A DNA stretch of 58,092 bases, from IMG/VR virus record IMGVR_UViG_3300042290_000649, positions 1 through 58,092 of that record. The stretch is one strand, 5' to 3'. This stretch comes from a virus (taxonomy: Duplodnaviria > Caudoviricetes). The position numbers were made by a program, and so were the translations under genes. Positions 1 through 9,279 of this stretch are shown here, piece after piece (positions within the stretch are counted from its first letter, which is position 1; each line of letters begins with the position of its first letter). The notes under the pieces were generated by a model that was not told where the DNA came from, did no database searches, and worked only from the letters and a program-made list of their open reading frames with translations.

Positions 1-683
1 CCGTATCGCTCAATGTCAGTGCCACTTGCTTCTGGAGAATTCCACGTCAGATAAACATTCCCATCGGTGTAGACGGTCACCATAAGGCCGGTCGGCGCGT
101 TCAAATACGGGTCAGGTACCGGGGTAGGGGTTGGCTCCGGAGTCGGGGTTGGCGTCGGCTCCGGAGTTGGCGTTGGTGTGGGGGTGGGGGTGGGGGTGGG
201 GGTTGGCTGCGGGGTTGGCGTCCATGTTGCGGATGGAGTGCCTGGCGCAAGTTCCGCATCAAAGTTGCTGATCATGTAGTAGTGGTTTCCGCCAAACCGG
301 TCTGCCGTTGGGTCTCCGCAGCACACGCCCGCGCGCACTCGGTATTCGCCCGCAGGCACAGAAACACGGATTGTTGAGGCAAGGGAGTATCCGCCGGTGT
401 GGTCGGTAAATGAATCGTCGTTGGCTGCAATCAACGTGCCGGCGCTGTCGTACAGCCACAGCATAGAATCTACAGTGCCGGGGCACCAGGGTGCAGTGGT
501 GTCGTCGCACAAGTCGGTCCACAGGTGAAGTTCGCCCTGCTCAGGAACGGTAATCCAGAAATCCTGGGTGCGGTCAACGTAGTTGTTTTGTGCGCCAAAC
601 GCAGGGGACGTCACAAGTCCAAATACAAGCGTAGACAGTATTAGCCAGATAGTTGCCAGTGCTACAATGATTTTAGTGCTCAT
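1..683 (-). CDS. Secreted/surface protein: signal peptide, PPC-like beta domain, (PT)n linker, FN3-like domain; truncated by the window edge
   Basis: ATG at 683 with GGAGA RBS. Manual translation: MSTKIIVALATIWLILSTLVFGLVTSPAFGA...DSMLWLYDSAGTLIAANDD...PAGEYRVRA...PTPQPTPTPTPTPTPTPTPEPTP...LNAPTGLMVTVYTDGNVYLTWNSP. Open to position 1; not in the ORF track. Confidence 0.75.
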   Translation of the reverse strand, partial: MSTKIIVALATIWLILSTLVFGLVTSPAFGAQNNYVDRTQDFWITVPEQGELHLWTDLCDDTTAPWCPGTVDSMLWLYDSAGTLIAANDDSFTDHTGGYSLASTIRVSVPAGEYRVRAGVCCGDPTADRFGGNHYYMISNFDAELAPGTPSATWTPTPQPTPTPTPTPTPTPTPEPTPTPTPEPTPTPVPDPYLNAPTGLMVTVYTDGNVYLTWNSPEASGTDIERY

Positions 684-712
684 GGGTCTCCTTCCCATAA
701 GCATTAAACAAT

Positions 713-749
713 ACGGAGATTACTTACTCAATGAGTAGGTAATCTCCGT
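713..749. repeat. Near-perfect intergenic palindrome (17-bp arms, 3-nt centre)
   Basis: ACGGAGATTACTTACTC-AAT-GAGTAGGTAATCTCCGT with one mismatch. Confidence 0.85.
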
Positions 750-768
750 GTTTTACGCAGGAAATCTA

Positions 769-960
769 CTAAATTTTAGGTAGATGCTTTCGGTGAAATT
801 CCACCCACGTGCTGGAACGCTTTGCGCCAACATAGGAAATGCTCCTTATAAGAGCAACCTCATTGGACATGACGGGCTCTTTGCACTGGTGGCAGACCCG
901 CGCAGTCAGGACCGGCTTTGCTGCTTCGCGCTTAGACTTGTTGTTCTTCACTCCAGCCAT
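769..960 (-). CDS. Small basic protein with CxxC and C-terminal His (possible Zn ribbon)
   Basis: 63 aa, AAGGA RBS, CHQC...FHRKH; co-directional with neighbours. Confidence 0.6.
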   Translation of the reverse strand: MAGVKNNKSKREAAKPVLTARVCHQCKEPVMSNEVALIRSISYVGAKRSSTWVEFHRKHLPKI

Positions 961-975
961 TTTCTATCCTTCCAA

Positions 976-1335
976 TCAGATGATTTGATCTGCGCACGCC
1001 GCGCAGTTGTGGAGCGGCGGGCAAACCCCGGGCTCAAATCCAACAACTCCAGCAGGGGCAACTGCAATCTGATGGCAGCACTGGCAGACGTGGTTATCAA
1101 TCTGCTGGTACAGGCTAGAGATGGTTTCGTTCTGGGTAACCCAGTTGTCAGTCTTTGGGCTTGACCAATGCGGCACATGCGCGCCGGGAATTGCCTCTAG
1201 GGCTGCGGCAATAGAGTCAACAGCATCTTTAATGGTTTCAGCAGAGCCCCCGTGGATCGCGGCGATAGCATCGGCAACAGCCGACTCATCTTCGGGCTCA
1301 TAGTTGATGGCGATAGTAATAAGCGTCTGTTCCAT
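976..1335 (-). CDS. Hypothetical protein with Cys-rich C-terminus, possibly a fibre assembly factor
   Basis: 119 aa, AAGGAG RBS, directly downstream of the three collar genes; CQCCH...CPPLHNCAAC. Confidence 0.6.
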   Translation of the reverse strand: MEQTLITIAINYEPEDESAVADAIAAIHGGSAETIKDAVDSIAAALEAIPGAHVPHWSSPKTDNWVTQNETISSLYQQIDNHVCQCCHQIAVAPAGVVGFEPGVCPPLHNCAACADQII

Positions 1336-1344
1336 AAAGTCTCC

Positions 1345-2295
1345 TTATGTCTTGATAATATAATACAACAATTGCTGCTTGGGATCATGTGTTACGTGAG
1401 CATGCCCGCCGGCGCTTGCGAGGGCGCTCATTGTATGGCTGTGGGCGGCATTAATGCCCATAGAGGTGGCGTCATCTGAGGTTCCCGTACCACTGGCGTG
1501 CGTGTGCGCAGCGTGAGAAACCGTCCCCTCGTATGAGGTGGTGGTGGCTACGTGGTTGCTGCTCCCGCTGGCGGAGGCAAGGGAAATAACGTGCGTGTGC
1601 CCATCGCCAGAAACAGATGAGCCGGTGAGTTTAACCGCCGCCAAAGCAGAGTTAGCCCCGCTTGTGATGGAATGCGTATGCGCCGCACCGGCAAATGAAA
1701 ATACACCACTGACGGCGTGCGTTCCCTCCGTGGCAGATCCAGACGCCGCAGCCGTTACGACGTGCGTGTGGTTTGCAGCATGATTGTGTTCGCCCGCAGG
1801 GGTCATGCTTGTTGCGTGAGATGAGTGGGCGCCGTTAGTGGAGTGGCTAAATGAATCGTAGAACTGAACCCCAGAAGCAACTCTCCAACTCCCAGGGAGC
1901 CCGTTGTGGTCTGGTGCGGTTGAAAGAGAAGACGGAGCGCCAATGAGCCAATAGTCATCGTAGTAGGGAAGGTTGAACGTTGTTGTCCCGTTGCCAACAC
2001 CATAATTTGTTCCAATAACCGCAAACAAATCCGCATACGTTGTCCGTGAAACCGCGTCGCCGTTGCAAAGAATCCAACCAGATGGAACATTGCTGTGAGA
2101 CCCAGCCCACGATGTAACCATCCCAGGCTTTCCAGAGGAACCGGATGCCGAGCCGCCAATTTCTGCCCAGCCCGTGCTTTTGTACACCTTAACTTTCTTA
2201 GTAGTTGAGTTGAAATAAATTTGCGCAAGGCTTGGTGCCGACTGGTCATCATCCGCGACTGGGAGCCCAAGTGGCGAAACAAACTTTACAGACAT
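1345..2295 (-). CDS. Tail collar domain fibre protein 1 (His-x-His-rich)
   Basis: Collar motif PSGWILCNGDAVSRTTYADLFAVIGTNYGVGNGTTTFNLP; many HxH; ends YIIKT. Confidence 0.85.
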   Translation of the reverse strand: MSVKFVSPLGLPVADDDQSAPSLAQIYFNSTTKKVKVYKSTGWAEIGGSASGSSGKPGMVTSWAGSHSNVPSGWILCNGDAVSRTTYADLFAVIGTNYGVGNGTTTFNLPYYDDYWLIGAPSSLSTAPDHNGLPGSWRVASGVQFYDSFSHSTNGAHSSHATSMTPAGEHNHAANHTHVVTAAASGSATEGTHAVSGVFSFAGAAHTHSITSGANSALAAVKLTGSSVSGDGHTHVISLASASGSSNHVATTTSYEGTVSHAAHTHASGTGTSDDATSMGINAAHSHTMSALASAGGHAHVTHDPKQQLLYYIIKT

Positions 2296-2296
2296 C

Positions 2297-3217
2297 TTAT
2301 GCCGCCTTAATAATATAGTGAACCTGATAGGTTTCGTAAGAGTGGCTAGTGTGCGTGTGCGATCCGTTGCTTGATGGTGTTGCTGTGTGATTGTGGTTTA
2401 CTATGGATGATGAGGTTGTGTTTCCAGAACTCGCAAGGCTGAAAACTGGGCTATGACGATGGGATGAGTGCGCCGACCAAGATGAAGTTGTAACGGAGTG
2501 GCTGTGCGTGTTTGTTGATACCGTTGGAGCAGTATGCGTATGCGCCGTTGATGCCCTTGTCGATCCGGTAATAACGGCGCCAAATCCAGCACCAGACGCA
2601 ACAGACGAGGTGTGGGTGTGGCTCTGCCCGGCATTTGACGTGTCTGAATATGTATGGCCAGTAAAAGTAATTGCCCCATCAGATGCAGTTGCTGAGTGAG
2701 TGTGCGTGTAGTCATGCTCTAGTTCGGTAAATTCTGTGTATGTCAGTGCATGCGAGTGTGTTGCCGCATCTCCAACGTGCGCAGCGATCTCAGTGGCATC
2801 TATGGTGCCCTGGCGAAATGTTGCCGTGTTGTCAATGTTTCCCAGTAGGTCAAGTCCCGCCGCCCCAACAACCTGATACCCCTGAAGGTCCGGGACATTA
2901 AACGTTGTTGATCCATTACCCGTCCCAAACCTTGTAGAAACTATTGAGAAAAGACCAGAGTAAGTTGACCTTGAAACCGCCTGACCTGCGCACACAAGCC
3001 AGCCAGACGGGGTTGAGGCGCCAAGCCATGGCTGAATAGAGCCAATGGGCATATCAATTGACGAAGAGCCACCCAGAGATGACCAAGATGTTCCGTCGTG
3101 GACTCGAATAACAGCATTCACGCTGTCGTAATAAATTAACCCAGCGCCAGAATATGTAGACTCAACATTTGCTTGCGTGGCAACCGGCAACTTAATGCTG
3201 GAAAGAATCTTTGTCAT
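2297..3217 (-). CDS. Tail collar domain fibre protein 2 (His-x-His-rich)
   Basis: PSGWLVCAGQAVSRSTYSGLF...GNGSTTFNVPDL; start moved to ATG 3217, which overlaps the upstream stop (ATGA); ends YIIKAA. Confidence 0.85.
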   Translation of the reverse strand: MTKILSSIKLPVATQANVESTYSGAGLIYYDSVNAVIRVHDGTSWSSLGGSSSIDMPIGSIQPWLGASTPSGWLVCAGQAVSRSTYSGLFSIVSTRFGTGNGSTTFNVPDLQGYQVVGAAGLDLLGNIDNTATFRQGTIDATEIAAHVGDAATHSHALTYTEFTELEHDYTHTHSATASDGAITFTGHTYSDTSNAGQSHTHTSSVASGAGFGAVITGSTRASTAHTHTAPTVSTNTHSHSVTTSSWSAHSSHRHSPVFSLASSGNTTSSSIVNHNHTATPSSNGSHTHTSHSYETYQVHYIIKAA

Positions 3218-4149
3218 GTTTTCACCAAATACCAAACTCTTGCCCTATTGGCAGAGTGATTGTCGTGAGTGTGTGCTGCGGTTGCGTCTGCGGCCATTGA
3301 GCCGCCGTGCGTGTGCCCACTCACCGCTCCGGATGTGTTGGTGTACGAAGGCACTGTTCCGGTATAGGTGTGGCTATGGCCGCCGCTAGTGCCTACGGAC
3401 TCTGTGACCGTATGCGAGTGAGCATTGCCTCCAGAGATGTCCCCCACCGTGTGCGTGTGGCCTGTCGCAGCGGCCGATTCGTTGGTTAGGGATGTAGACA
3501 TAGAAATGGTTCCGACAGAGGCCGCAAGATTACCAACCGAGTGGGAATGTCCATCCGAAGATGTGGCGCCAACATACGTATGGGTGTGCCCGCTCGCAGC
3601 AGTCTGGCTTGAATACGTGGCTGTTGTTGTGTGGTTTGTTGCGTGAGTATGCCCGCCCTGCGAGTCGTCAGTAAACGTGTGCGTATGCGCTGCGTTGTCG
3701 GACGAGTGCGTAAGCGCAGTAAAGGGATCAGCAGACCCGTATGTCCAGACTTTTCCGCCAGAAGTGTTGCCAACCGCAACTCCAAGATTTGCGGATACCG
3801 CCCCAACAAGGCTGAGCCCCCTGAAATTGGGAACGTTAAACGTTGTGGTTCCGTCGCCAATGCCAAAGTACGTCCCAATTACTGCAAAAAGATCAGCGTA
3901 CGTTGTTCTGGACACGGCGCCCCCACTGCAATTGAGCCAACCGGCTGGCCTAGACGCTGGCGATCCAGTCCAGGCAATAACGGAGCCCGTTGGCATTTCT
4001 GTGGTTGTTACCCCGCCTAGGGCGCTCCACGTAGAGGCGCCCTTGACCTTTAACTCGTCAGTAAAACTGTTGTAATAAAGGGTACCCTCGTCCGCTGTGG
4101 GGTCCGAGGTAAATTCGGCGCTCTTAAGGGTGTTGACGAATTTAGGCAT
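3214..4149 (-). CDS. Tail collar domain fibre protein 3 (His-x-His-rich)
   Basis: PAGWLNCSGGAVSRTTYADLFAVIGTYFGIGDGTTTFNVPNFRG; ends YLVKT. Confidence 0.85.
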   Translation of the reverse strand: MPKFVNTLKSAEFTSDPTADEGTLYYNSFTDELKVKGASTWSALGGVTTTEMPTGSVIAWTGSPASRPAGWLNCSGGAVSRTTYADLFAVIGTYFGIGDGTTTFNVPNFRGLSLVGAVSANLGVAVGNTSGGKVWTYGSADPFTALTHSSDNAAHTHTFTDDSQGGHTHATNHTTTATYSSQTAASGHTHTYVGATSSDGHSHSVGNLAASVGTISMSTSLTNESAAATGHTHTVGDISGGNAHSHTVTESVGTSGGHSHTYTGTVPSYTNTSGAVSGHTHGGSMAADATAAHTHDNHSANRARVWYLVKT

Positions 4150-4155
4150 ATAAAG

Positions 4156-4161
4156 ATTATA
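4156..4161 (-). promoter_or_regulatory. -10 box TATAAT of a probable leaderless transcript
   Basis: TATAAT-ctttat-ATG (6-nt spacing), no Shine-Dalgarno. Confidence 0.6.
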
Positions 4162-4199
4162 CCCCCCTCAGCGCTTAAATCAAGCGCCTTGGGGGGTAT
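4159..4199. terminator. Stem-loop after the 500-aa fibre gene, overlapping the next promoter
   Basis: ATACCCCCC..GCGCTT-aaatc-AAGCGC..GGGGGGTAT; no clear U tract. Confidence 0.45.
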
Positions 4200-4211
4200 G
4201 CTCTTTATTGA

Positions 4212-5714
4212 TTATCCGTTTACAACGACTCGGTAAGTTCCTGCGACGCTGATGGTGACCGTCAACGTGTCGGTTGTTGTGGTAGCAACATCAGCAAACA
4301 CCTGAGCGTCCGAGGAGTCATACAGGGAAACCTGTACGGCCTTGGTGCCGAGGCTGTGGGTGATAGTCTTGGCTTCGCCTGTGGTCCAGGTTGCGCTCGT
4401 GTTGTAGCGAAGCGCCCCACCGTAGGTTGCGCTGATCGCCGTGCCGTTCCATGTACCGGCAGAGATCGTGCCAACGGTCGTGATGCTGTCATCGCCGCTG
4501 TATGTTCCGCCAGCCACTGCGGCGAGGGTTGCGTGGTACGCCTGAACGTCCGTGCCAATCGCAAGGCCAAGCGCCGTGCGGGCATCGCCGGCGCTGGTCG
4601 AACCAGTACCGCCGTTTGCAATGGCGATTGCGGTGCCGTTCCACGTACCAGCAGAGATCGTACCAACGGTCGTGATGCTGTCATCTCCGGAGTACGTTCC
4701 GCCAGCGACTGCGGCCAAGGTCGAGTTGTAGGCCTGAACGTTTGTGCCAATTGCAAGGCCGAGCGCCGTGCGCGCTGCGCCCGCGTCTGTAGCGCCGGTA
4801 CCGCCGTTTGCAATGGCGATCGCCGTGCCGTTCCACACACCGGTGGCGATGGTGCCAACCGAGGTGAGGCTTGAACCGGTGACGCCTGATCCAAGCGTGG
4901 TGCCGCTGAGGACTTCTGTGCCTGCAATGTAGAACTTCTTACCAGTAAGAAGATTCAAATGCTCAGACGAGGTCCATGCGTCGGTCGCGTCGACCCAGTT
5001 AAGAGTCTTATCGGTTGTGCCCTTGAGCGTAATACCGCCGCCATCGGCGCCGGCATCGCTTGGAGTTCCAGTTGATCCAAGTTCAATGTTCTTGTCGTCA
5101 ACCGTCAGGGTCGTCGAGTTAATTGTTGTGGTGGTTCCGTTGACCGTCAGGTCGCCGGAAAGGGTCAGGCTTGTACCAGTTGCTGCGCCAATGTTTGGCG
5201 TAACAAGGGTAGGCGTATTGGCAAAGACGAGTGCGCCAGTGCCAGTCTCATCAGAAATAACACCAGCAAGTTCGGCGGAGGTCGTTGCGGCGAAGTCGCC
5301 TAGTTTGTTGGAAGTGCTTGCCTTACCGTTGGCAAGGTCGTACGCAGCCTTGACTGCAGCGGGCGTTGCGGCCTTGCTGGTCGAGGTGCTGGAATACGAA
5401 TCCTCTAGTTGAACGGCACCCTTCTGTGAGGTTGTGCCATCTTGAATGCTGATTGTCGGGGTGTTTCCGCCAGTCGAAGCCAGCGGGCTAGAAGCAGAGA
5501 CGCTGCTAACCGTGCCGCTGCCGGTGCCGATAACCTGCCATGCTGCTCCGTCGTAGTACTTGATAACGTCGCTGGCGGTGTTGTAGTAAATCTGCCCCTG
5601 AACTGGTGATGCTGGGTCGCTCGCCAAGTTCTGAATAGTTGCGTTAAGCAACTCATTCTTGTTAAGGTCTATACTTCCACGAACATCTAGATTAGCAAGG
5701 AATTTTACTGCCAT
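4212..5714 (-). CDS. Tail fibre protein with a phage fibre repeat and 64-aa internal repeats
   Basis: [29 protein letters not shown] fibre repeat; about 2.3 copies of [14 protein letters not shown]...[14 protein letters not shown]; GGAG RBS. Confidence 0.8.
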   Translation of the reverse strand: MAVKFLANLDVRGSIDLNKNELLNATIQNLASDPASPVQGQIYYNTASDVIKYYDGAAWQVIGTGSGTVSSVSASSPLASTGGNTPTISIQDGTTSQKGAVQLEDSYSSTSTSKAATPAAVKAAYDLANGKASTSNKLGDFAATTSAELAGVISDETGTGALVFANTPTLVTPNIGAATGTSLTLSGDLTVNGTTTTINSTTLTVDDKNIELGSTGTPSDAGADGGGITLKGTTDKTLNWVDATDAWTSSEHLNLLTGKKFYIAGTEVLSGTTLGSGVTGSSLTSVGTIATGVWNGTAIAIANGGTGATDAGAARTALGLAIGTNVQAYNSTLAAVAGGTYSGDDSITTVGTISAGTWNGTAIAIANGGTGSTSAGDARTALGLAIGTDVQAYHATLAAVAGGTYSGDDSITTVGTISAGTWNGTAISATYGGALRYNTSATWTTGEAKTITHSLGTKAVQVSLYDSSDAQVFADVATTTTDTLTVTISVAGTYRVVVNG

Positions 5715-5723
5715 GGTGGTCTC

Positions 5724-6047
5724 CTAATTCAAATATGCTTGGCCGCTAAACCCAGCAGAAAACTGGATTGTTAGGGCATTATCGCTTGTATATGTCACTT
5801 CGCCAATAACAACTGTACCTGCAGAGTCAACGACCGTAACGCTTGGTCGGCGACCGAGGTTATGCGTGATATTCCATGTTGCCGATGGGCTGCTCTGAGT
5901 AAATAAGTAGTTTTGGAATGATGTTCCAACGTTAACAACTGTCGCCGCTGGCGCGGTGGCGGTGTTAAATGGTCGTACTTGTGCGGTATTGGTTGAGCGA
6001 ACAATAGAAATCGTGCCGCCTTCATCAACAATCGAGAGTGGGCTCAT
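5724..6047 (-). CDS. Small virion/tail-associated beta protein
   Basis: TWNITHNLGRRPSVTVVDSAG...FSGQAYLN, similar to the C-terminal domain of the adjacent fibre ([18 protein letters not shown]). Confidence 0.7.
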   Translation of the reverse strand: MSPLSIVDEGGTISIVRSTNTAQVRPFNTATAPAATVVNVGTSFQNYLFTQSSPSATWNITHNLGRRPSVTVVDSAGTVVIGEVTYTSDNALTIQFSAGFSGQAYLN

Positions 6048-6391
6048 CGCGTTACCTCCGCTGAGAGGGTGAAATCTCCACCCATGACCTTGTCCACATA
6101 GGCACCGTTCACAACTTCGAGGTCGTACACGTAATTTCCGGCAGGAATTGCTGACGTAACCGAGCCGTCAACCAGGATGGTGATGGTTCCGGTCGTCCCA
6201 CCAAGCGTTAGCCCGCCGGATGGGCTGGTCAACGTGAGGTAGGCATATCCAGACGACGCACGGGGGCGAACCTGCATTCGGGCCGTGTAGCCCGTGAGGT
6301 TTATAGGGCTGCTATTCGCATCGCTATAGGTCACGACGCGAGAAAGACTGCTGCCCTGCTCGGTGGAGATGTCGTACTCAATAATTGCCAT
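6044..6391 (-). CDS. Tail/baseplate-associated beta-sandwich protein (LtfC/BppU-like)
   Basis: PINLTGYTARMQVR...YVYDLEV...GDFTLSAEVTR motif; start at ATG 6391, 7 nt after TAAAAT. Confidence 0.7.
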   Translation of the reverse strand: MAIIEYDISTEQGSSLSRVVTYSDANSSPINLTGYTARMQVRPRASSGYAYLTLTSPSGGLTLGGTTGTITILVDGSVTSAIPAGNYVYDLEVVNGAYVDKVMGGDFTLSAEVTR

Positions 6392-6446
6392 GTATGGCAT
6401 TTTACACATAAAAAAAGATCACACAACATCGAGCGTGACTGCGTGA

Positions 6447-6480
6447 TGTATAATAACCCCACGACAACGTCATTTAGGAG
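6447..6480 (+). promoter_or_regulatory. -10 box (TATAAT) and RBS (AGGAG) of the terminase operon, divergent from the tail fibre promoter
   Basis: gatgTATAATaacc...tttAGGAGaactcATG; TAAAAT on the minus strand at 6399-6404. Confidence 0.6.
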
Positions 6481-6485
6481 AACTC

Positions 6486-7037
6486 ATGGGACGACCCGGC
6501 AGACTTCCGCAAGGACAGGTACAGGCAGTCAGAGACAGAATCCGCTCTCTCCTGCTTGCTGGCTTGCACCCCAGCGCCATTGCCAAGCAGGTGGAACTGG
6601 CTGAGGACACCGTCCGCAGGCACCTGACCGTCATCCGGCAAGAGTGGAAAGACCAAGGCGTTGATGTCAGCGGCACCCGTTTGGAGTTGATTGCCAAGGC
6701 AAACTCCATCTCCCAGCAGGCGGCTATTGAGGCGGCGAAGGCTCGCGGCACCAGCGCAGCAGTCGCGGCGCTTAAACTGCAACTAGAAGTTGTTGACCGT
6801 ATTGCCAAGTTGACGGGCGCGTACGCCCCCGAGAAGGCGGAGATTAGCGGCCCGGGCGGCGGTGCCATCCAAGTTGTGCAGACTGAGCACGAAATTGATC
6901 ACCTTCCACCAGCGCAAGTAGCCGCACGGCTCCGGGCGTGGGCGGAAGACATTGAGTCCCAGAAGACTGGAGAGGAGGTGTCGGATGAACAACCAGGAGT
7001 ACCGCGAGTGGTTGAGGCGGAAAGCGCAGACGTCTGA
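6486..7037 (+). CDS. terS: Terminase small subunit
   Basis: N-terminal HTH (PSAIAKQVELAEDTVRRHL), helical core, EISGPGGGAIQV motif; overlaps terL. Confidence 0.75.
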   Translation: MGRPGRLPQGQVQAVRDRIRSLLLAGLHPSAIAKQVELAEDTVRRHLTVIRQEWKDQGVDVSGTRLELIAKANSISQQAAIEAAKARGTSAAVAALKLQLEVVDRIAKLTGAYAPEKAEISGPGGGAIQVVQTEHEIDHLPPAQVAARLRAWAEDIESQKTGEEVSDEQPGVPRVVEAESADV

Positions 7038-8409
7038 CGCAGCGTTTGCCGAGTACATCGGCAACCTTATCTTCCCCAAGCACCTTCGTGAAATGGAGCA
7101 GTTCCTCAACGATAACCCTCGCGCGCTTGTGCTCATGCCACGAGGCCATGCTAAGACAACGCAACTTTTACACCGCGCCGCTCGGCTTATTGGTGTCCAC
7201 AAGGGGCAGATCCGTGTAGGCATCTTAACCGCCGTGCTTTCCGACGCACTCGCGCGATCTAGGGCGGTCAGGACGCTGGTGGAGCATCCAAAGTTTGCCG
7301 AGATCTTTGAGTGGGCACGGGACGGAGTCATTGGCACGAAGTGGACGGACGAAGTGTGGACCATTAAGGGTACCAACCTCGGTAAAGACGCAACCTGCTT
7401 TGCAGACGGTGTGGGCTCGATTAAGCCCGGTGCCCGTCTTGACGTCCTGCTCGCAGACGACATGGTCGGCATCAAGGAAAACGCCACGCCGCTGCAGCGT
7501 CAGAAGTCCAGCGAAACCTATTGGCAGGTGGTTGACCCGATGCTTGTCCCTGGCTCCAAGCGCTGGTACATCGGCACACGCTGGCACGAAGATGACTTCT
7601 ACGCAGAACTCACAAGAAAGGGCGTCCCCACCTACCAGCGCCGATCCCTGGAAGATGCCGGCCCACTTTGGCCGGAGATGTACACCGAAGAGGCGCTGCT
7701 TCAAAAGAAGGAAGAACTGGGCGGACCGATCTTCTCGCTCCAGTACCAGAACGACGTGACCCAGATGGGTGGAAACATTTTCCGGCACGACTTCCTTCAG
7801 TATGTGGACCGCGTGCCCGCCGGTGCCCGCCGCATTGGGGTAGACCTTGCCTCTTCGTCGAGTGAGCGCTCCGACTACACGTCAGCCGTAGAAGTGGTTG
7901 AGGATGCAGACAAGAACCTGTACGTGGTCGGTGCATATCGTGAGCGCCTTGTGCAGGGGCATCAGCAATGGCTTACGGGGCTAGATAAGACTGGCTCAAT
8001 CGTGGACGGTTCTAATGGGCCACGCATGCTTTGGCCAGCACGGTACGTGGGGCTTCGCGGGCAGCAAGATGTAGACATGGATAGCCCGCGCAACTTTGAG
8101 GCGGTCAACATTGAAGCAGTCCAGCACCAAAGCACGTTTGTGCGCGAAATGCTATCTGAGACCCGCCTCCCAGCAAGGCCTATCCGCCCAGACCGCGATA
8201 AGGTCGTCCGCTCCCGCGCCCTTGCTGCCAGGTATGAGGCCGGAAAAGTGTTTCATCTTCGAGGCGGCCCAGGCATTAGCGCGCTGGAGTCTGAGATGCT
8301 AGGATTCCCCAATAGCGAGCACGACGACATGGTCGACGCGCTGGTCTATGCCGCAGATGTGGGTGGAGTCGGCTTTTACTTCACCTCAGCAACGAGGTAT
8401 GCACGATGA
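6985..8409 (+). CDS. terL: Terminase large subunit
   Basis: Walker A variant PRGHAKT, Walker B LLADD, coupling motif GTRWHEDD, nuclease GVDLA and FPNSEHDDMVDA; ATG 6985 after GAGGAGG. Confidence 0.95.
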   Translation: MNNQEYREWLRRKAQTSDAAFAEYIGNLIFPKHLREMEQFLNDNPRALVLMPRGHAKTTQLLHRAARLIGVHKGQIRVGILTAVLSDALARSRAVRTLVEHPKFAEIFEWARDGVIGTKWTDEVWTIKGTNLGKDATCFADGVGSIKPGARLDVLLADDMVGIKENATPLQRQKSSETYWQVVDPMLVPGSKRWYIGTRWHEDDFYAELTRKGVPTYQRRSLEDAGPLWPEMYTEEALLQKKEELGGPIFSLQYQNDVTQMGGNIFRHDFLQYVDRVPAGARRIGVDLASSSSERSDYTSAVEVVEDADKNLYVVGAYRERLVQGHQQWLTGLDKTGSIVDGSNGPRMLWPARYVGLRGQQDVDMDSPRNFEAVNIEAVQHQSTFVREMLSETRLPARPIRPDRDKVVRSRALAARYEAGKVFHLRGGPGISALESEMLGFPNSEHDDMVDALVYAADVGGVGFYFTSATRYAR

Positions 8410-8573
8410 CTGTTGAAGACCTATTTAAGAAGATTGGCGCCCAGACCATGGAGATCGACGCTCTTCGCCTGGAGATTGACCGCCTAACCAAAATCGTTGC
8501 ACAATTTCAGGCAGAGTCCGTCAACGACGCGATTGAGGCCACAAAGGAAAGCGGCGAAAAGAAGACGAAGTAA
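8406..8573 (+). CDS. Small coiled-coil protein (55 aa)
   Basis: Manual translation MTVEDLFKKIGAQTMEIDALRLEIDRLTKIV...; GAGG RBS; ATGA overlap with terL; below the ORF-track cutoff. Confidence 0.65.
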   Translation: MTVEDLFKKIGAQTMEIDALRLEIDRLTKIVAQFQAESVNDAIEATKESGEKKTK

Positions 8574-9002
8574 GTGATCCGGGATGTCGTTAGCGCCCAC
8601 AGGGCGAAGAACCCGGCACCGTACAGGGAATTCAACGAGGTCTTAGTAAAGGTCTTAGAGAAGTACGGGATGACGTTCAACACCTTTGCAAGAGTTGCCG
8701 CAAGCCTTGGCGTCGAGATGACGTTCAATCGCCTGCGGGACGTCTACTACGAGCGCGTTATTATTATGGACAACGACATCCTGACGCTTAAGAAGGTCTT
8801 GGCTGCGCCCGCGAAGGACGCAACCTCAACTAGGATTATCGCCATGTACCGAAATTCCGTGGACGCAATGTGCCGTTCGTGCGCAAACAACGACAAGAAC
8901 CCAAAGTGCTGGGACTCAACCTGCCCACTCAGGCCGGTTTCCCCGCTCCCCCTTGCAGAGGGCAACGACCTTGAGGAGGACGATGACAATGATTTACTCT
9001 GA
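8574..9002 (+). CDS. Hypothetical protein with a C-terminal Cys4 motif
   Basis: CRSC...CWDSTCPL; abuts the upstream stop. Confidence 0.65.
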   Translation: MIRDVVSAHRAKNPAPYREFNEVLVKVLEKYGMTFNTFARVAASLGVEMTFNRLRDVYYERVIIMDNDILTLKKVLAAPAKDATSTRIIAMYRNSVDAMCRSCANNDKNPKCWDSTCPLRPVSPLPLAEGNDLEEDDDNDLL

Positions 9003-9279
9003 TCAGATGAAGCACCCCACGGAAATTGTTATCCGTTACACGGGCAGTTCCGCACACGCCAAATGGCACGTGCTCTATGGTGGCGTGATTCAGGACACTG
9101 CAACCTCCCCAGAGCGCGCCCTTGAGGCTGCTGCTCGGTTCATTATCAGCACAATGACTGACGATGATGAGAGCGGGGAAATGCGCATTCGCTGGGTGGA
9201 TGTTCCCGCTGGCTTTACCCCGCCAGACGCCTCTGCCCTAGCCCCGATTATCGAGGACGACTCCGAGCCGATCCACTGA
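8989..9279 (+). CDS. Hypothetical protein
   Basis: GAGGAGG 9 nt upstream of ATG 8989; continues the operon. Confidence 0.6.
   Translation: MIYSDQMKHPTEIVIRYTGSSAHAKWHVLYGGVIQDTATSPERALEAAARFIISTMTDDDESGEMRIRWVDVPAGFTPPDASALAPIIEDDSEPIH

Noticed and set aside
115-225. G-rich tandem repeat (GGGGTG)n as a telomere-like or G4 element
   Set aside because: Fully explained as the Pro-Thr linker codons of the minus-strand gene.
1345-5714. Diversity-generating retroelement or invertible shufflon acting on fibre genes
   Set aside because: No reverse transcriptase or invertase, no adenine-specific template/variable repeat pair seen, and all copies are in one orientation.
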